The notes under the pieces: generated by a model | Told to the model about the DNA's origin: nothing | The model's input: the letters and a program-made list of their open reading frames with translations, nothing else | The model's database searches: none | Program-made: the position numbers and the translations under genes | Shown: one piece after another, positions 48,639 through 58,313 of the stretch | How the letters are laid out: the number at the start of each line of letters is the position of its first letter | How positions within the stretch are numbered: position 1 is the first letter of the stretch | Assembly: GCA_964549685.1 (NCBI GenBank) | Contig: CAZJVE010000002.1 | Span: 82,859 to 146,858 of the forward strand | DNA from: an uncultured archaeon | GTDB lineage: Archaea > Altiarchaeota > Altiarchaeia > IMC4 > QMZM01 | Direction: 5' to 3' | DNA length: 64,000 nucleotides

Positions 48639-48953
48639 TTACCCCAGCTTTACAGCCGTCCCGTAGGCAAGAAGCTCTGCCGCACCCTGCATCACTTGTG
48701 AAGTGGCGAATCTTACGTTTACGACTGCATCTGCATTGAGTTTATCTGCTTGTTCAAGCATTCTATTCAGTGCCGTTTCCCTGGCATCATCAAACATTTC
48801 AGTATATTCCACTAGCTCTCCACCAACCATATGTCTTAATCCCGCAAGGATATCCTTGCCAACCCACCTGGTTTTTATTGTATTCCCTCTTACCAAGCCT
48901 AGTGTCTTCTTTACCTTCTTTCCCGCAATTGTTTCAGTATTTACAACAATCAT
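48639..48953 (-). CDS. YbjQ/UPF0145 family protein
   Basis: MIVVNTETI.G, GGEL..Y, ADAVVNVRF, AYGTAV; start reassigned to the ATG at 48953. Confidence 0.9.
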   Translation of the reverse strand: MIVVNTETIAGKKVKKTLGLVRGNTIKTRWVGKDILAGLRHMVGGELVEYTEMFDDARETALNRMLEQADKLNADAVVNVRFATSQVMQGAAELLAYGTAVKLG

Positions 48954-49144
48954 TTTTTCTCCCTCCTGCTTTCTATTGACATTGATGCCAGTATTATAAC
49001 GATGCCAAGGATAACGAGGACTATCGCAGCCTTTATCGAAACAGGCAGCTCCGAGGAACTCAGCATCAGATAGAGCCACCAACACACGAAGAGGAGTACG
49101 CCACCGCCTATAAAAGCCAGTCCTATGTTCTTTGACGAATTCAT
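48950..49144 (-). CDS. Small 2-TM membrane protein
   Basis: 64 aa, coupled to both neighbours; PVSIK motif shared with the next ORF. Confidence 0.65.
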   Translation of the reverse strand: MNSSKNIGLAFIGGGVLLFVCWWLYLMLSSSELPVSIKAAIVLVILGIVIILASMSIESRREKK

Positions 49145-49383
49145 TTTTCAGGGGCTTTCTTTTTGTTGTCTTTCATCAGCTGCTTATATATCCTATTCAT
49201 GCCGATGGCCATGATGTTTATTATTGTACCGGTTACAAGAAGCACCAGCCCTAGCTTTATCGATGCAGGAATGTCCGGGTAAGTCAGCACCTGGCCGCTT
49301 AGCATCGCCGGCAGGAATCCCATGGCAAGCAAAACGATTCCACTGACGATTAAAAAAATGCCCACGGCATTGCCCAACATCAT
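49141..49383 (-). CDS. Small 2-TM membrane protein
   Basis: 80 aa; PASIKLG motif; overlaps the hisG stop. Confidence 0.65.
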   Translation of the reverse strand: MMLGNAVGIFLIVSGIVLLAMGFLPAMLSGQVLTYPDIPASIKLGLVLLVTGTIINIMAIGMNRIYKQLMKDNKKKAPEK

Positions 49384-50291
49384 TCTATTATCATCCGTGT
49401 ATCCGATACGACTATTGAAGACGCGCCCTTCCTCTTTAGTTCCGGCAATAGATACTTGAGCTCCTTCTCGTCAATGACGACAAAGACGTCATACCCTCCC
49501 CCCTCGAGGTTGTTTATTGTCGGGCGCTCCACATGACTCTTTAGGACGGGAAGTACCTTGTCAAGGTCCTTTGGATTCAGTATGTTCATGTAGACGTTGA
49601 CCTTGCCCTGGCCCCTTAAAGCCCCGCCGAACAGCTGAACAATCTCATCAATCTTCTTTTTCTTGCCCTTGTCCTTCAGGCTGTCGCTGTTGGCTATCAG
49701 GAACGAGGAGGTGTCCATTATCGTGTCGATGACCCTGCAGCTGTTCTCCCTCAGGGTTCTGCCGGTCTCCGTTGTCTCGATTATCATGTCCGCCTCTGGC
49801 ACCGGGGGGACCAGCCACGCCTCCGTCTTGCCGGCGGGCTTCCTGATTATTGCCTCTATCCCGTTCTTCTTGAGATACTCCTTGGATATGTTCGGGTATT
49901 CTGTTGCAACTACGACCTTCTTGCCCTTCATGGACTTCTTGAAGTCCTCGAGTGATTTGACTCCCGGGAGAATTTCCTCGGAGATTGCTACGCAGAGTCG
50001 GGTCTGTCCAAGCTCCAGGTCCAGCAGCTCCTGAACCTTTTTCCCGTTCTCCGGGTATCGCAGCCTGAATTCCTGAATTATGTCGGAGCCGGTGATTGCA
50101 AGGTCGCCCTTGTCAAGAGAGAGAACGAAGGGAAAGTCCTGCGGTCTTATCCGCTTCATGACTATCTCCTCGTCATCAATCTGGGGATTATATCCCCTTT
50201 CTGAGATGCTAACCTTGAAACCGGCCCGCTCGAACACCCTCAGCGCGAATTTCTCAAGGTGCCCGTCAGGAATATAGAACTTCACGGTCAT
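49380..50291 (-). CDS. hisG: ATP phosphoribosyltransferase (long form)
   Basis: RPQD, DLAITGSD, ATEYPNI, GKTE, ETGRTLREN, C-terminal regulatory domain. Confidence 0.92.
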   Translation of the reverse strand: MTVKFYIPDGHLEKFALRVFERAGFKVSISERGYNPQIDDEEIVMKRIRPQDFPFVLSLDKGDLAITGSDIIQEFRLRYPENGKKVQELLDLELGQTRLCVAISEEILPGVKSLEDFKKSMKGKKVVVATEYPNISKEYLKKNGIEAIIRKPAGKTEAWLVPPVPEADMIIETTETGRTLRENSCRVIDTIMDTSSFLIANSDSLKDKGKKKKIDEIVQLFGGALRGQGKVNVYMNILNPKDLDKVLPVLKSHVERPTINNLEGGGYDVFVVIDEKELKYLLPELKRKGASSIVVSDTRMIIE

Positions 50292-50320
50292 TTTATTTAA
50301 CTCCCTCGTAATAGTAATAA

Positions 50321-51328
<1,008 letters not shown>

Positions 51329-51372
51329 AACAATATACAAAGAGTAGTAAAACAATAAAGGAGTAGATTAAG

Positions 51373-51816
51373 ATGGAAGGAACAGTAAAGTTTTTTAACA
51401 GAGGACGAGGCTTCGGCTTTGTTGCCGGAGACGACGGAAACGAGTATTTTGTACATGCGACTGGTTTGAAAGAAGGCGTGGATATAAAGGAGGGAGACAA
51501 AGTCACCTTCGATCCAGCTGAAGGAGACAGGGGCCCGAAGGCAGAGAACGTCGTTCCCACCGGGGAGACTGCACCTGTTGGAGAGGCTGCTGAAGCTCCG
51601 GCAGAAGAGCCTGCAGAGGAAGCACCGGCAGAAGAGCCTGCTGCTGCAGAGGAAGCACCGGCCGAGGAGCCAGCAGAGGAAGAGCCCGCTGCTGAAGAGC
51701 CTGCTGAGGAAGAAGCTGCAGAGGAAACTCCGGCAGAAGAGCCTGCAGAGGAAGCTCCTGCAGAGGAAGCCGCTGAAGAAGAAGCTCCTGCTGAAGAGGC
51801 ACCAAAGGAAGAATAA
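51373..51816 (+). CDS. Cold-shock domain protein with an acidic E/A/P repeat tail
   Basis: GTVKFFN...GFGFV...FVH...RGPKAENV, then about 80 aa of EEPAEEA repeats. Confidence 0.9.
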   Translation: MEGTVKFFNRGRGFGFVAGDDGNEYFVHATGLKEGVDIKEGDKVTFDPAEGDRGPKAENVVPTGETAPVGEAAEAPAEEPAEEAPAEEPAAAEEAPAEEPAEEEPAAEEPAEEEAAEETPAEEPAEEAPAEEAAEEEAPAEEAPKEE

Positions 51817-51819
51817 GTA

Positions 51820-52221
51820 TCAGAGTCCCAGGGCATCATCGACCATCTTACGGTGGTCGAATGCCATTTCTGGCATTTCTTTTATTTTGAATTCTTTAGC
51901 CTCGGCTGCGTCATCCGCAGCCACTAATTCTCCGCCAACCTTGCGACAGAGGAAGGTAACGGCCACCGTGTGGCCCCTCGGGTCGCGCTCCGGGTCAGAG
52001 TAGACCCCGACCATCCTCTCAATCTCGATGTCAAGCCCTGTTTCTTCCTTGGCCTCGCGGATTGTCGCATTTTCAAGGGTCTCCTTATATTCGACAAATC
52101 CGCCGGGCAGCGCCCACGTGCCCTCGAAGGGATATATCCCCCTCTTTATCAGCACTATGGAATTCTTCTCCCGGTCCAAGATTACTGCATCTACCGTCAG
52201 GCGAGGTATTTTCTGCTCCAT
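51820..52221 (-). CDS. NUDIX hydrolase (ADP-ribose pyrophosphatase-like)
   Basis: WALPGGFVE...REAKEETGL, RDPRGH, AFDH. Confidence 0.9.
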   Translation of the reverse strand: MEQKIPRLTVDAVILDREKNSIVLIKRGIYPFEGTWALPGGFVEYKETLENATIREAKEETGLDIEIERMVGVYSDPERDPRGHTVAVTFLCRKVGGELVAADDAAEAKEFKIKEMPEMAFDHRKMVDDALGL

Positions 52222-52258
52222 CTTTAATAATTTCTATCCAATATTATAAAACGGGTTC

Positions 52259-52333
52259 GGGCCCGTAGTCTAGTTCGGTTATGACGTCGCCTTTACGAGG
52301 CGAAGATCGCCGGTTCGAATCCGGCCGGGCCCA
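52259..52333 (+). tRNA. tRNA-Val(TAC)
   Basis: GGGCCCG/CGGGCCC acceptor, TCGCC-TTTACGA-GGCGA anticodon arm, GGTTCGAATCC. Confidence 0.95.
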
Positions 52334-52487
52334 AATGCTGATTCTTATGCTCTGACCCCCATAGTATAACATACTATTTCTGCTGAGTGCGGTAGTCAAC
52401 ATAAATATGGGTATGTTCACCTCCCTGTTTGGGGAGCGCCTCTGACTGCTTTGACTGGTAGGACTAAAGAACAAGACGGGTGAAAGC

Positions 52488-52754
52488 ATGCCAAAACCAA
52501 AAAAACAAGGACGTTTAGACCGAGCCGTTAATAATGCGTCGTTTCTAATGAACGACGAGGGCGTTTCTTACCAAGTAAGCAGCATAGCTGCAGCAGTCTG
52601 GAATCAATGTGATGGCCACACAGAAACTGATAGACTAGTCGCAAACATGATGAAGACCATGGACCTTAAAAGAGATGAAAAAATAGCTGCCAAAACCAGC
52701 ATTAACCAGATAATCACGAAGCTAAATGAGATGGGCCTGATTCGTTTTGGCTGA
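52488..52754 (+). CDS. PqqD-family (RRE-like) protein
   Basis: YQVSSIAAAVWNQCDG...L.EMGLI pattern; GGGTGA RBS. Confidence 0.65.
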   Translation: MPKPKKQGRLDRAVNNASFLMNDEGVSYQVSSIAAAVWNQCDGHTETDRLVANMMKTMDLKRDEKIAAKTSINQIITKLNEMGLIRFG

Positions 52755-52833
52755 AGCAGCGCTACCTCTATCCTGAATGGGCAGTTTATAAGCCCCCACT
52801 CCATTATAACAGTATAAATATTGGGTAAATAAT

Positions 52834-52977
52834 ATGAGAGACAATTACGGAGAAAGGGAAATGCACAAGATAACCTGTGCCGAGTGCGGTCAGGAGTCTG
52901 AAGTCCCTTTCAAGCCGGATGGTTCACGCCCCGTGTATTGCAGGGAGTGCTACTCGAAGAAAAATAGAAGGTACTGA
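52834..52977 (+). CDS. CxxC-x17-CxxC zinc-binding protein (not in the ORF track)
   Basis: 47 aa MRDNYGEREMHKITCAECGQESEVPFKPDGSRPVYCRECYSKKNRRY. Confidence 0.9.
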   Translation: MRDNYGEREMHKITCAECGQESEVPFKPDGSRPVYCRECYSKKNRRY

Positions 52978-53096
52978 TTCTTTGGTATATCTGAATTTTT
53001 ATCGTAGTAGAAATTGATTTTTTATTTTTGGGGTGAATAACCCCGCTTATTCTTATTTTAGAAAGGAAATGCATTTCTATTACTGTCAGTAAAAAA

Positions 53097-54104
53097 ATGA
53101 GACCCGACAGTGAGGTAGTTGAGCTGGAGCGGAAGGTTTTTGAAATACAGAACGAGCCCATGCCCCAGGGGGCATGGTGGTGGTGGTTCTGGCTGTTCTT
53201 CTTCAACAACCCCAAAAATCCTGAAAGACCCCGGCAACTGATGATATTGTGGTCCACAAAGAATGAGCCGGAGATTAGCTGCAATGATATAGCGTTCAGA
53301 CTGGCCCCCTCCCAGGACCGGAACAATCTCAATGGTATCGTTGCCGCCTGGTACTTTGATGGGGAGAAAATGCACCACAACCTTCTTCTTGACCAGTGCA
53401 ATCTGAGCATATCGGACAAAGAACTCTCTTCGGATTCAGTTACGCCCACGTCATTCTCCATAGACAAAACCAAGAATACAGTAAAACTTGGAAATGATTT
53501 TGAATTCATTGCGGATGCTGGAGAAAAGCACGGTTTTGTAATGCCCACCTACAAGTCAAACGTTTACATGATGGATAAGGGCTACTCCCTGCTGCGGCTG
53601 AATCATCTGGATTTGCGCGGGAGAGTCAAAAATGAAAAAATTCACGGGAGCGCCTACTTCCAGCGTGTTTTCGTGAATGCTCCCATGCCCCCCTGGTACT
53701 GGGGAATATTCCACTTCGAGGGCGGGGGCGTCCTGAGCTACTACAGACCGTATCTGCTTGGAAAATCCCTGAAGAAGGACATCTCCTTCTTTGACGGCGA
53801 AAGGATGCATAAATTCGATAACATAGCCATAACGAGGTCTGGGGGTGACCTGCCCATATTCACGGTATCGGGAGAGAACAAAGACGAAAGAATAGACTTC
53901 AGCGTAACCCCCTACTCCCATTCTTCATGGACATTCAGAAAAAGGGCTCTAGGCATCATCCCGAACAAGCTGGTCTACAATGAGTATCCTGCAGCAATCT
54001 CCAGCCTGAGGCTCAGGAACAAGAGAACGGGGGATGAGATTACGCTGAAGGATCTTGGTAATTCAGTGGGCAATGCGGAGCATACGACGGGCCTGCTGAT
54101 ATAA
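53097..54104 (+). CDS. Hypothetical protein, possibly tocopherol cyclase/CrtC-like beta fold
   Basis: AWWWWFW, GSAYFQRV, PWYWG motifs; fold assignment is weak. Confidence 0.6.
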   Translation: MRPDSEVVELERKVFEIQNEPMPQGAWWWWFWLFFFNNPKNPERPRQLMILWSTKNEPEISCNDIAFRLAPSQDRNNLNGIVAAWYFDGEKMHHNLLLDQCNLSISDKELSSDSVTPTSFSIDKTKNTVKLGNDFEFIADAGEKHGFVMPTYKSNVYMMDKGYSLLRLNHLDLRGRVKNEKIHGSAYFQRVFVNAPMPPWYWGIFHFEGGGVLSYYRPYLLGKSLKKDISFFDGERMHKFDNIAITRSGGDLPIFTVSGENKDERIDFSVTPYSHSSWTFRKRALGIIPNKLVYNEYPAAISSLRLRNKRTGDEITLKDLGNSVGNAEHTTGLLI

Positions 54105-54248
54105 GAATGCGCCTCGGACAGGCCTAAACAAAGTTCTCAGTCCTCTTTTTATGTCGTGTGGGGTCCCGTTTCCAATTTAGTTATTTACTAAATAACTAAT
54201 TAACTTAGTTATTTACTATTTAAATATCAAATTTAATAATTTACTAAA

Positions 54249-54602
54249 GTGGTATTAAAAGCAGATAGCCTAACGAAGAAGAGCCTAGTAAACATAAACA
54301 GGCAGTTTGAGAAGGGAGCAGTAAGGGACGAGGGCACTTTAGACCACATTATCTTCGAAGTCTCAAAAACCAGAGGCATCAACAGGAAAGGTGCAAGACT
54401 CTTGGTTGAAATCACAACAAAACATCCGTTTTTCGATGGAAATAAGAGAACGGCAATAGAAAGTATGAAGGCATTTTTAGCCCAACACAACAAAAAGATT
54501 ACAGTAAGAGATGAGACATTATACGATCTGATATACCGGGTCACAAGCCAAAGAAATGCAATAGATGAAGTTGCGATGTGGATTGCTAATCACACAAAAT
54601 GA
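54249..54602 (+). CDS. Doc/Fic-family toxin
   Basis: HPFFDGNKRTA motif. Confidence 0.85.
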   Translation: MVLKADSLTKKSLVNINRQFEKGAVRDEGTLDHIIFEVSKTRGINRKGARLLVEITTKHPFFDGNKRTAIESMKAFLAQHNKKITVRDETLYDLIYRVTSQRNAIDEVAMWIANHTK

Positions 54603-54727
54603 AACTTGTAGAAATGAAGGGCATCAAACGCCCCGTCAGGTTATTGGAATGGGACGATATCAAAGATTTTGTAGAGAAAGACATCAGAGAAAACAAAGCA
54701 TTCTATGAGAAATTAGCTCAGATGTGA
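54599..54727 (+). CDS. Putative antitoxin peptide (not in the ORF track)
   Basis: 42 aa MKLVEMKGIKRPVRLLEWDDIKDFVEKDIRENKAFYEKLAQM; ATGA overlap with the toxin stop. Confidence 0.6.
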   Translation: MKLVEMKGIKRPVRLLEWDDIKDFVEKDIRENKAFYEKLAQM

Positions 54728-54735
54728 AAAAAGCT

Positions 54736-54808
54736 CGCCTCGGACAGGACTTGAACCTGTGACCACCTGGTTAACAGCCAGGCGCTCTACCAACTGAGCT
54801 ACCGAGGC
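54736..54808 (-). tRNA. tRNA-Asn(GTT)
   Basis: GCCTCGG/CCGAGGC acceptor, CCTGG-CTGTTAA-CCAGG, GGTTCAAGTCC. Confidence 0.95.
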
Positions 54809-54904
54809 TGAACTGACGTCAGTTCACACCGAAGCGGGTATGTGGGATTTCGCTGTCGCTCAATCCCACTTAACGCACTGTGAATTCACCGGGGAATTTC
54901 CCGG
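54809..54904. repeat. Palindromic intergenic element related to 12900-13094
   Basis: 18-bp palindrome TGAACTGACGTCAGTTCA; GTGGGATT...AATCCCAC hairpin; TGTGAATTC...AATTTCCCGG end. Confidence 0.55.
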
Positions 54905-55510
54905 CTATTTTGCAAGCCTGCCCTTCGCGCGCAGGCTTGGCCTTACCTTCTCGGCGCCCTTGCCTCTCTTCGTCAGGCCCCTGCCCTTCCTTCCTGCGGG
55001 AGTGAGTCCCCTGAACACCCTGCCCATGTGCTGCTTCTCGCAAATCCAGCCGACGTCCTTGTCGCTTCTTATCGCAGGATGGCTTGGGTCGACCATGATG
55101 ACCTCGAACCACTTGTACTGACCGTCCTCCCAGAGCCAGTAAGAACTGAGAACCTCTAGATTCGGGAATTTCTTCTGTGTTCGCTCCTCGGCAATCCGCT
55201 GGATGGACTTCTTGGGGGTTATCTTGCTGATACCCATCCTTTTCGGCTTCCTTCCACCGGTGGGGCGGGACTTTCTCAGGCCACCTCTCCTTACCCGGGT
55301 TCTTGCGACGACGAAGCCCTGCTTTGACTTGTAGCCATAGCTTCTTGCCCGGTCTATTCTGGTGGGTTTCTCAACCCTTACGACGGCGGGGCTCTTTCTC
55401 CAGGCCTTCTTTCTCTCCATCACAAGGTCCCTGAGGTCCTTGTTTTCGGGGCGCTTTATCTTTCTCTTAATGTCCTTATATGTTTCCTTAACGTACTTGT
55501 AATAGCCCAT
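54905..55510 (-). CDS. rpl15e: 50S ribosomal protein L15e
   Basis: [41 protein letters not shown]; GGTGA RBS before MGYY. Confidence 0.95.
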   Translation of the reverse strand: MGYYKYVKETYKDIKRKIKRPENKDLRDLVMERKKAWRKSPAVVRVEKPTRIDRARSYGYKSKQGFVVARTRVRRGGLRKSRPTGGRKPKRMGISKITPKKSIQRIAEERTQKKFPNLEVLSSYWLWEDGQYKWFEVIMVDPSHPAIRSDKDVGWICEKQHMGRVFRGLTPAGRKGRGLTKRGKGAEKVRPSLRAKGRLAK

Positions 55511-55616
55511 TTTCATCACCCTTGCGGATTCAAAGATTACCTCACATCTCCATTGCGGGTGTATTCTATGATATGTCTTTTTATCATTAAAAACCAATTC
55601 TTAACATCAATATCAG

Positions 55617-56249
55617 GTGATTCGTGTGCCTTTGAGGAGGTTGTTTGGCTGGTTCAAGACGGTCTTCGGCAAGAAGAACATAATCAAGCTCGGCCTTTAT
55701 GGCCCTCCAAATGCAGGAAAGACCACCCTGGCGAATAAGATTTCTATGGACTGGACCGGAGAGCCGGTAGGTAAGGTTTCTGAGATCCCACACGAGACGA
55801 GAGAGGTTCAGAAGAAGGAGCAGATTATCGTAAGGGCGGGGGGGAAGAAGCTCGTTATGAACCTCCTGGACATGCCCGGAATTGCAACAAAGGTCGACTT
55901 TGAGGAATTCGTGGGGCACGGCATGACGAAGGAGGCTGCTCAGCAGAGGGCAAAAGAGGCGACCAAGGGCGTTATCGAGGCGATAAAGTGGCTTGAGCAC
56001 GTTGATACCGCGCTGGTTGTCATGGATTCTACCCGGGACCCCTATACGCAGGTTAATATCACAATCATTGGAAACCTCGAGGCGAGGGACATACCGATAA
56101 TCCTGGTTGCCAATAAGCTTGACCTTCCCGATGCCAACCCTGATGCGATAAGGGACGCGTTTCCCCAGCACCACGTCGTCGAGGTCTCTGCCCTGACAGG
56201 AAAGCTGGTTGACGAGCTCTATGAAGAAATAGCAAAGTACGCAAAATGA
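55617..56249 (+). CDS. Era-like GTPase (OapA-like)
   Basis: GPPNAGKTT, PHETR, DMPG, ANKLD. Confidence 0.88.
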   Translation: MIRVPLRRLFGWFKTVFGKKNIIKLGLYGPPNAGKTTLANKISMDWTGEPVGKVSEIPHETREVQKKEQIIVRAGGKKLVMNLLDMPGIATKVDFEEFVGHGMTKEAAQQRAKEATKGVIEAIKWLEHVDTALVVMDSTRDPYTQVNITIIGNLEARDIPIILVANKLDLPDANPDAIRDAFPQHHVVEVSALTGKLVDELYEEIAKYAK

Positions 56250-56602
56250 GCATAGAAATAGAATTCATATCATCCGACGTGCTTTCGAACAAGGAGAGCG
56301 ACGAGAAGATAGACTACATTCTCGACCGGGTGAAGAAAAACAAGATTCTCGTTGTCGAGGAGAGCATGTCGGCCCTGGAGGAGAGCAAGCTGATAGAGGC
56401 GACCATGAGCCAGATAAAGGGTAAATTCTCCGGGATAGAGATATCCACGCTCAAGGACAAGAGCTCGGAGGGGATAAAGCACAAACTGATAAGGGCCCTT
56501 GGCGGAACAACCGGCGGACTGACGGTCATAGGGCCCTCGAAGATGATTCGCAAGGTCAAGAAGCAGCCGCAGAGCATATCCCTGCTGGCTGGAGAGAAGT
56601 AA
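56246..56602 (+). CDS. DUF2073 family protein (OapB-like)
   Basis: EESKLIEATM, FSGIEI, GLTVIGP. Confidence 0.85.
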   Translation: MSIEIEFISSDVLSNKESDEKIDYILDRVKKNKILVVEESMSALEESKLIEATMSQIKGKFSGIEISTLKDKSSEGIKHKLIRALGGTTGGLTVIGPSKMIRKVKKQPQSISLLAGEK

Positions 56603-56604
56603 AG

Positions 56605-56988
56605 ATGCCACACAAATGCGCCCGATGTGGAACAATCTACGACGACAATTCTCCTGAGCTCATAAACGGCTGTTCCTGCGGAGCCAGAGTGTTTCTGTAT
56701 CTCAAGGAGAGGCCGGGCAGGAGCGAGGAGGACACAATCGAGGAGCTGAAGATAAAGGAGATAGGTGGAGAAGATCTCAAGAGGCTGGACAGGGAGTTCG
56801 GCATGGACCTTGAGAAGACGGGGAGGACAATCCACCTCGACCTGGAGAACCTGCACCAGATTGACAAGGGGAGGTACAGGATAGACATAAAGTCACTGAT
56901 GAAGGGCGACCCCCTGATAATGAAGGTCGGTGACGGGGTCTACTACATCGACATAATCGATGCCATGAGCAAGGGGAGGAAAAGATGA
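56605..56988 (+). CDS. Zn-ribbon DUF2072 family protein (OapC-like)
   Basis: MPHKCARCG...GCSCG..FLY; G.Y.ID. Confidence 0.85.
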   Translation: MPHKCARCGTIYDDNSPELINGCSCGARVFLYLKERPGRSEEDTIEELKIKEIGGEDLKRLDREFGMDLEKTGRTIHLDLENLHQIDKGRYRIDIKSLMKGDPLIMKVGDGVYYIDIIDAMSKGRKR

Positions 56989-58313
56989 CAATCCATCCGA
57001 TGGAGTCCCGCTACGGGCGGGACGAGGTCAGGAGTATTTTTGATGAAGAAAAAAAGCTGGAGCTGATGCTGGAGGTCGAGGCAGCCCTTGCAAGGGCCCA
57101 TGCAAAGGCAGGGAACATCCCTGAGAAGGATGCTGCTGCAATCTCCAAGGCCAAAAAAGGCGTCAAAATCGAGAGGGTCAAGGCGATTGAGGCCGAGATA
57201 AACCATGACGTCATGGCGCTGGCCAAGGCCATGGCCGAGCTCAGCGGGGACTCCGGCAAATACGTTCATCTCGGGGCCACAAGCAATGATATTACAGATA
57301 CTGCGCTTGCATTACAACTTAAGGAATTCGTCGAATTCCTTTCCGAGGACCTGGTGAATTTGAAGAAGATTCTGCTCGGCCTCGCCAAGAAGCACAAGGC
57401 CACAGTATGCATAGGAAGGACCCATGCCCAGCATTCTATCCCGACCACCTATGGACTGAAGTTCGCAATATTTGCCTCGGAGGTTCAGAGGCATATTCAA
57501 AGGCTGGAGGAAACAAAACCGAGAATCCTCGTCGGCAAGATGTCCGGCGCAGTCGGAACCCAGGCCTCCTTCGGAAAGAAGGGCATTGAGATTCAGGAGT
57601 ATGTCATGGCGGACCTGGGGCTCAATGCCGCGATGGTCTCGAACCAGGTCATCCAGCGGGACAGGCACGCTGAATTTTTGCTGCTGCTGGCATTGATTAC
57701 AGAGACAATGAACAAGATTGCAACGGAAATCAGGAATCTGCAAAGGACTGAAATCGCTGAGATATCAGAGGGCTTCGGCAAGAAGCAGGTCGGCTCCTCG
57801 ACGATGCCGCATAAGAGGAATCCAATCATTGCCGAGAGGATATGCGGCCTGAGCCGGGTTATAAAGGCGGATGCCATGGCATCGCTTGACAACATCCCGC
57901 TCTGGCATGAGAGAGACCTGACGAACTCAAGCTGCGAAAGGGTTATCATCCCGGAGGCCTGCATCCTGACGGACTACATCCTGAACCTCAGCATCAACCT
58001 GCTGAAGAATCTCGTTTTCGATAAGGAGCAGATAGAAAAGAACCTGAACCTCTCGCAGGGGAGAATCATGGCCGAGTCCCTGATGATTAAAATGGTCGAG
58101 AAGGGAGTGGGCAGGCAGGTGGCCCACGAGATGCTGAGGAAGGACGCGATGAAGAGCCATGAGTCTGGAATCCCCTTCAGGGACGTTCTTCTGAACGACA
58201 AGAAGGTCATGAAGCACATGAGCGAGAAGGAGCTGACATCCGCCCTTAACCCAAAGAATTACACGGGGACTGCGAAAGAGCAGGTCGACAGGATTGTGAA
58301 AGAGTTAAGCTAG
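56985..58313 (+). CDS. purB: Adenylosuccinate lyase
   Basis: HLGATSND, GRTHAQ, GSSTMPHKRNP. Confidence 0.95.
   Translation: MTIHPMESRYGRDEVRSIFDEEKKLELMLEVEAALARAHAKAGNIPEKDAAAISKAKKGVKIERVKAIEAEINHDVMALAKAMAELSGDSGKYVHLGATSNDITDTALALQLKEFVEFLSEDLVNLKKILLGLAKKHKATVCIGRTHAQHSIPTTYGLKFAIFASEVQRHIQRLEETKPRILVGKMSGAVGTQASFGKKGIEIQEYVMADLGLNAAMVSNQVIQRDRHAEFLLLLALITETMNKIATEIRNLQRTEIAEISEGFGKKQVGSSTMPHKRNPIIAERICGLSRVIKADAMASLDNIPLWHERDLTNSSCERVIIPEACILTDYILNLSINLLKNLVFDKEQIEKNLNLSQGRIMAESLMIKMVEKGVGRQVAHEMLRKDAMKSHESGIPFRDVLLNDKKVMKHMSEKELTSALNPKNYTGTAKEQVDRIVKELS

Larger units (their letters stand above)
54110..54748. mobile_element. tRNA-Asn-anchored mini-islet bounded by the 13-bp direct repeat CGCCTCGGACAGG
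   Basis: Repeat at 54110-54122 and at 54736-54748 (tRNA 3' end); AT-rich interior holding a TA pair; no integrase. Confidence 0.65.

Noticed and set aside
51590-51810. GCAGAGGAAG repeats as a possible CRISPR or non-coding repeat
   Set aside because: They encode the acidic tail of the cold-shock protein
52407-52445. 12-aa ORF MGMFTSLFGERL as a possible RiPP precursor for the PqqD-like gene
   Set aside because: Too short, overlaps a TATA-like sequence, has no RBS and no modifying enzyme nearby
52244-52489. 81-aa minus-strand ORF; also 54840-55121
   Set aside because: They overlap tRNA-Val and rpl15e respectively and are spurious
54155-54248. Possible replication origin (AT-rich tract with GGAAAC near oapABC)
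   Set aside because: Only one weak ORB-like match and no cdc6; better explained as the TA promoter/operator
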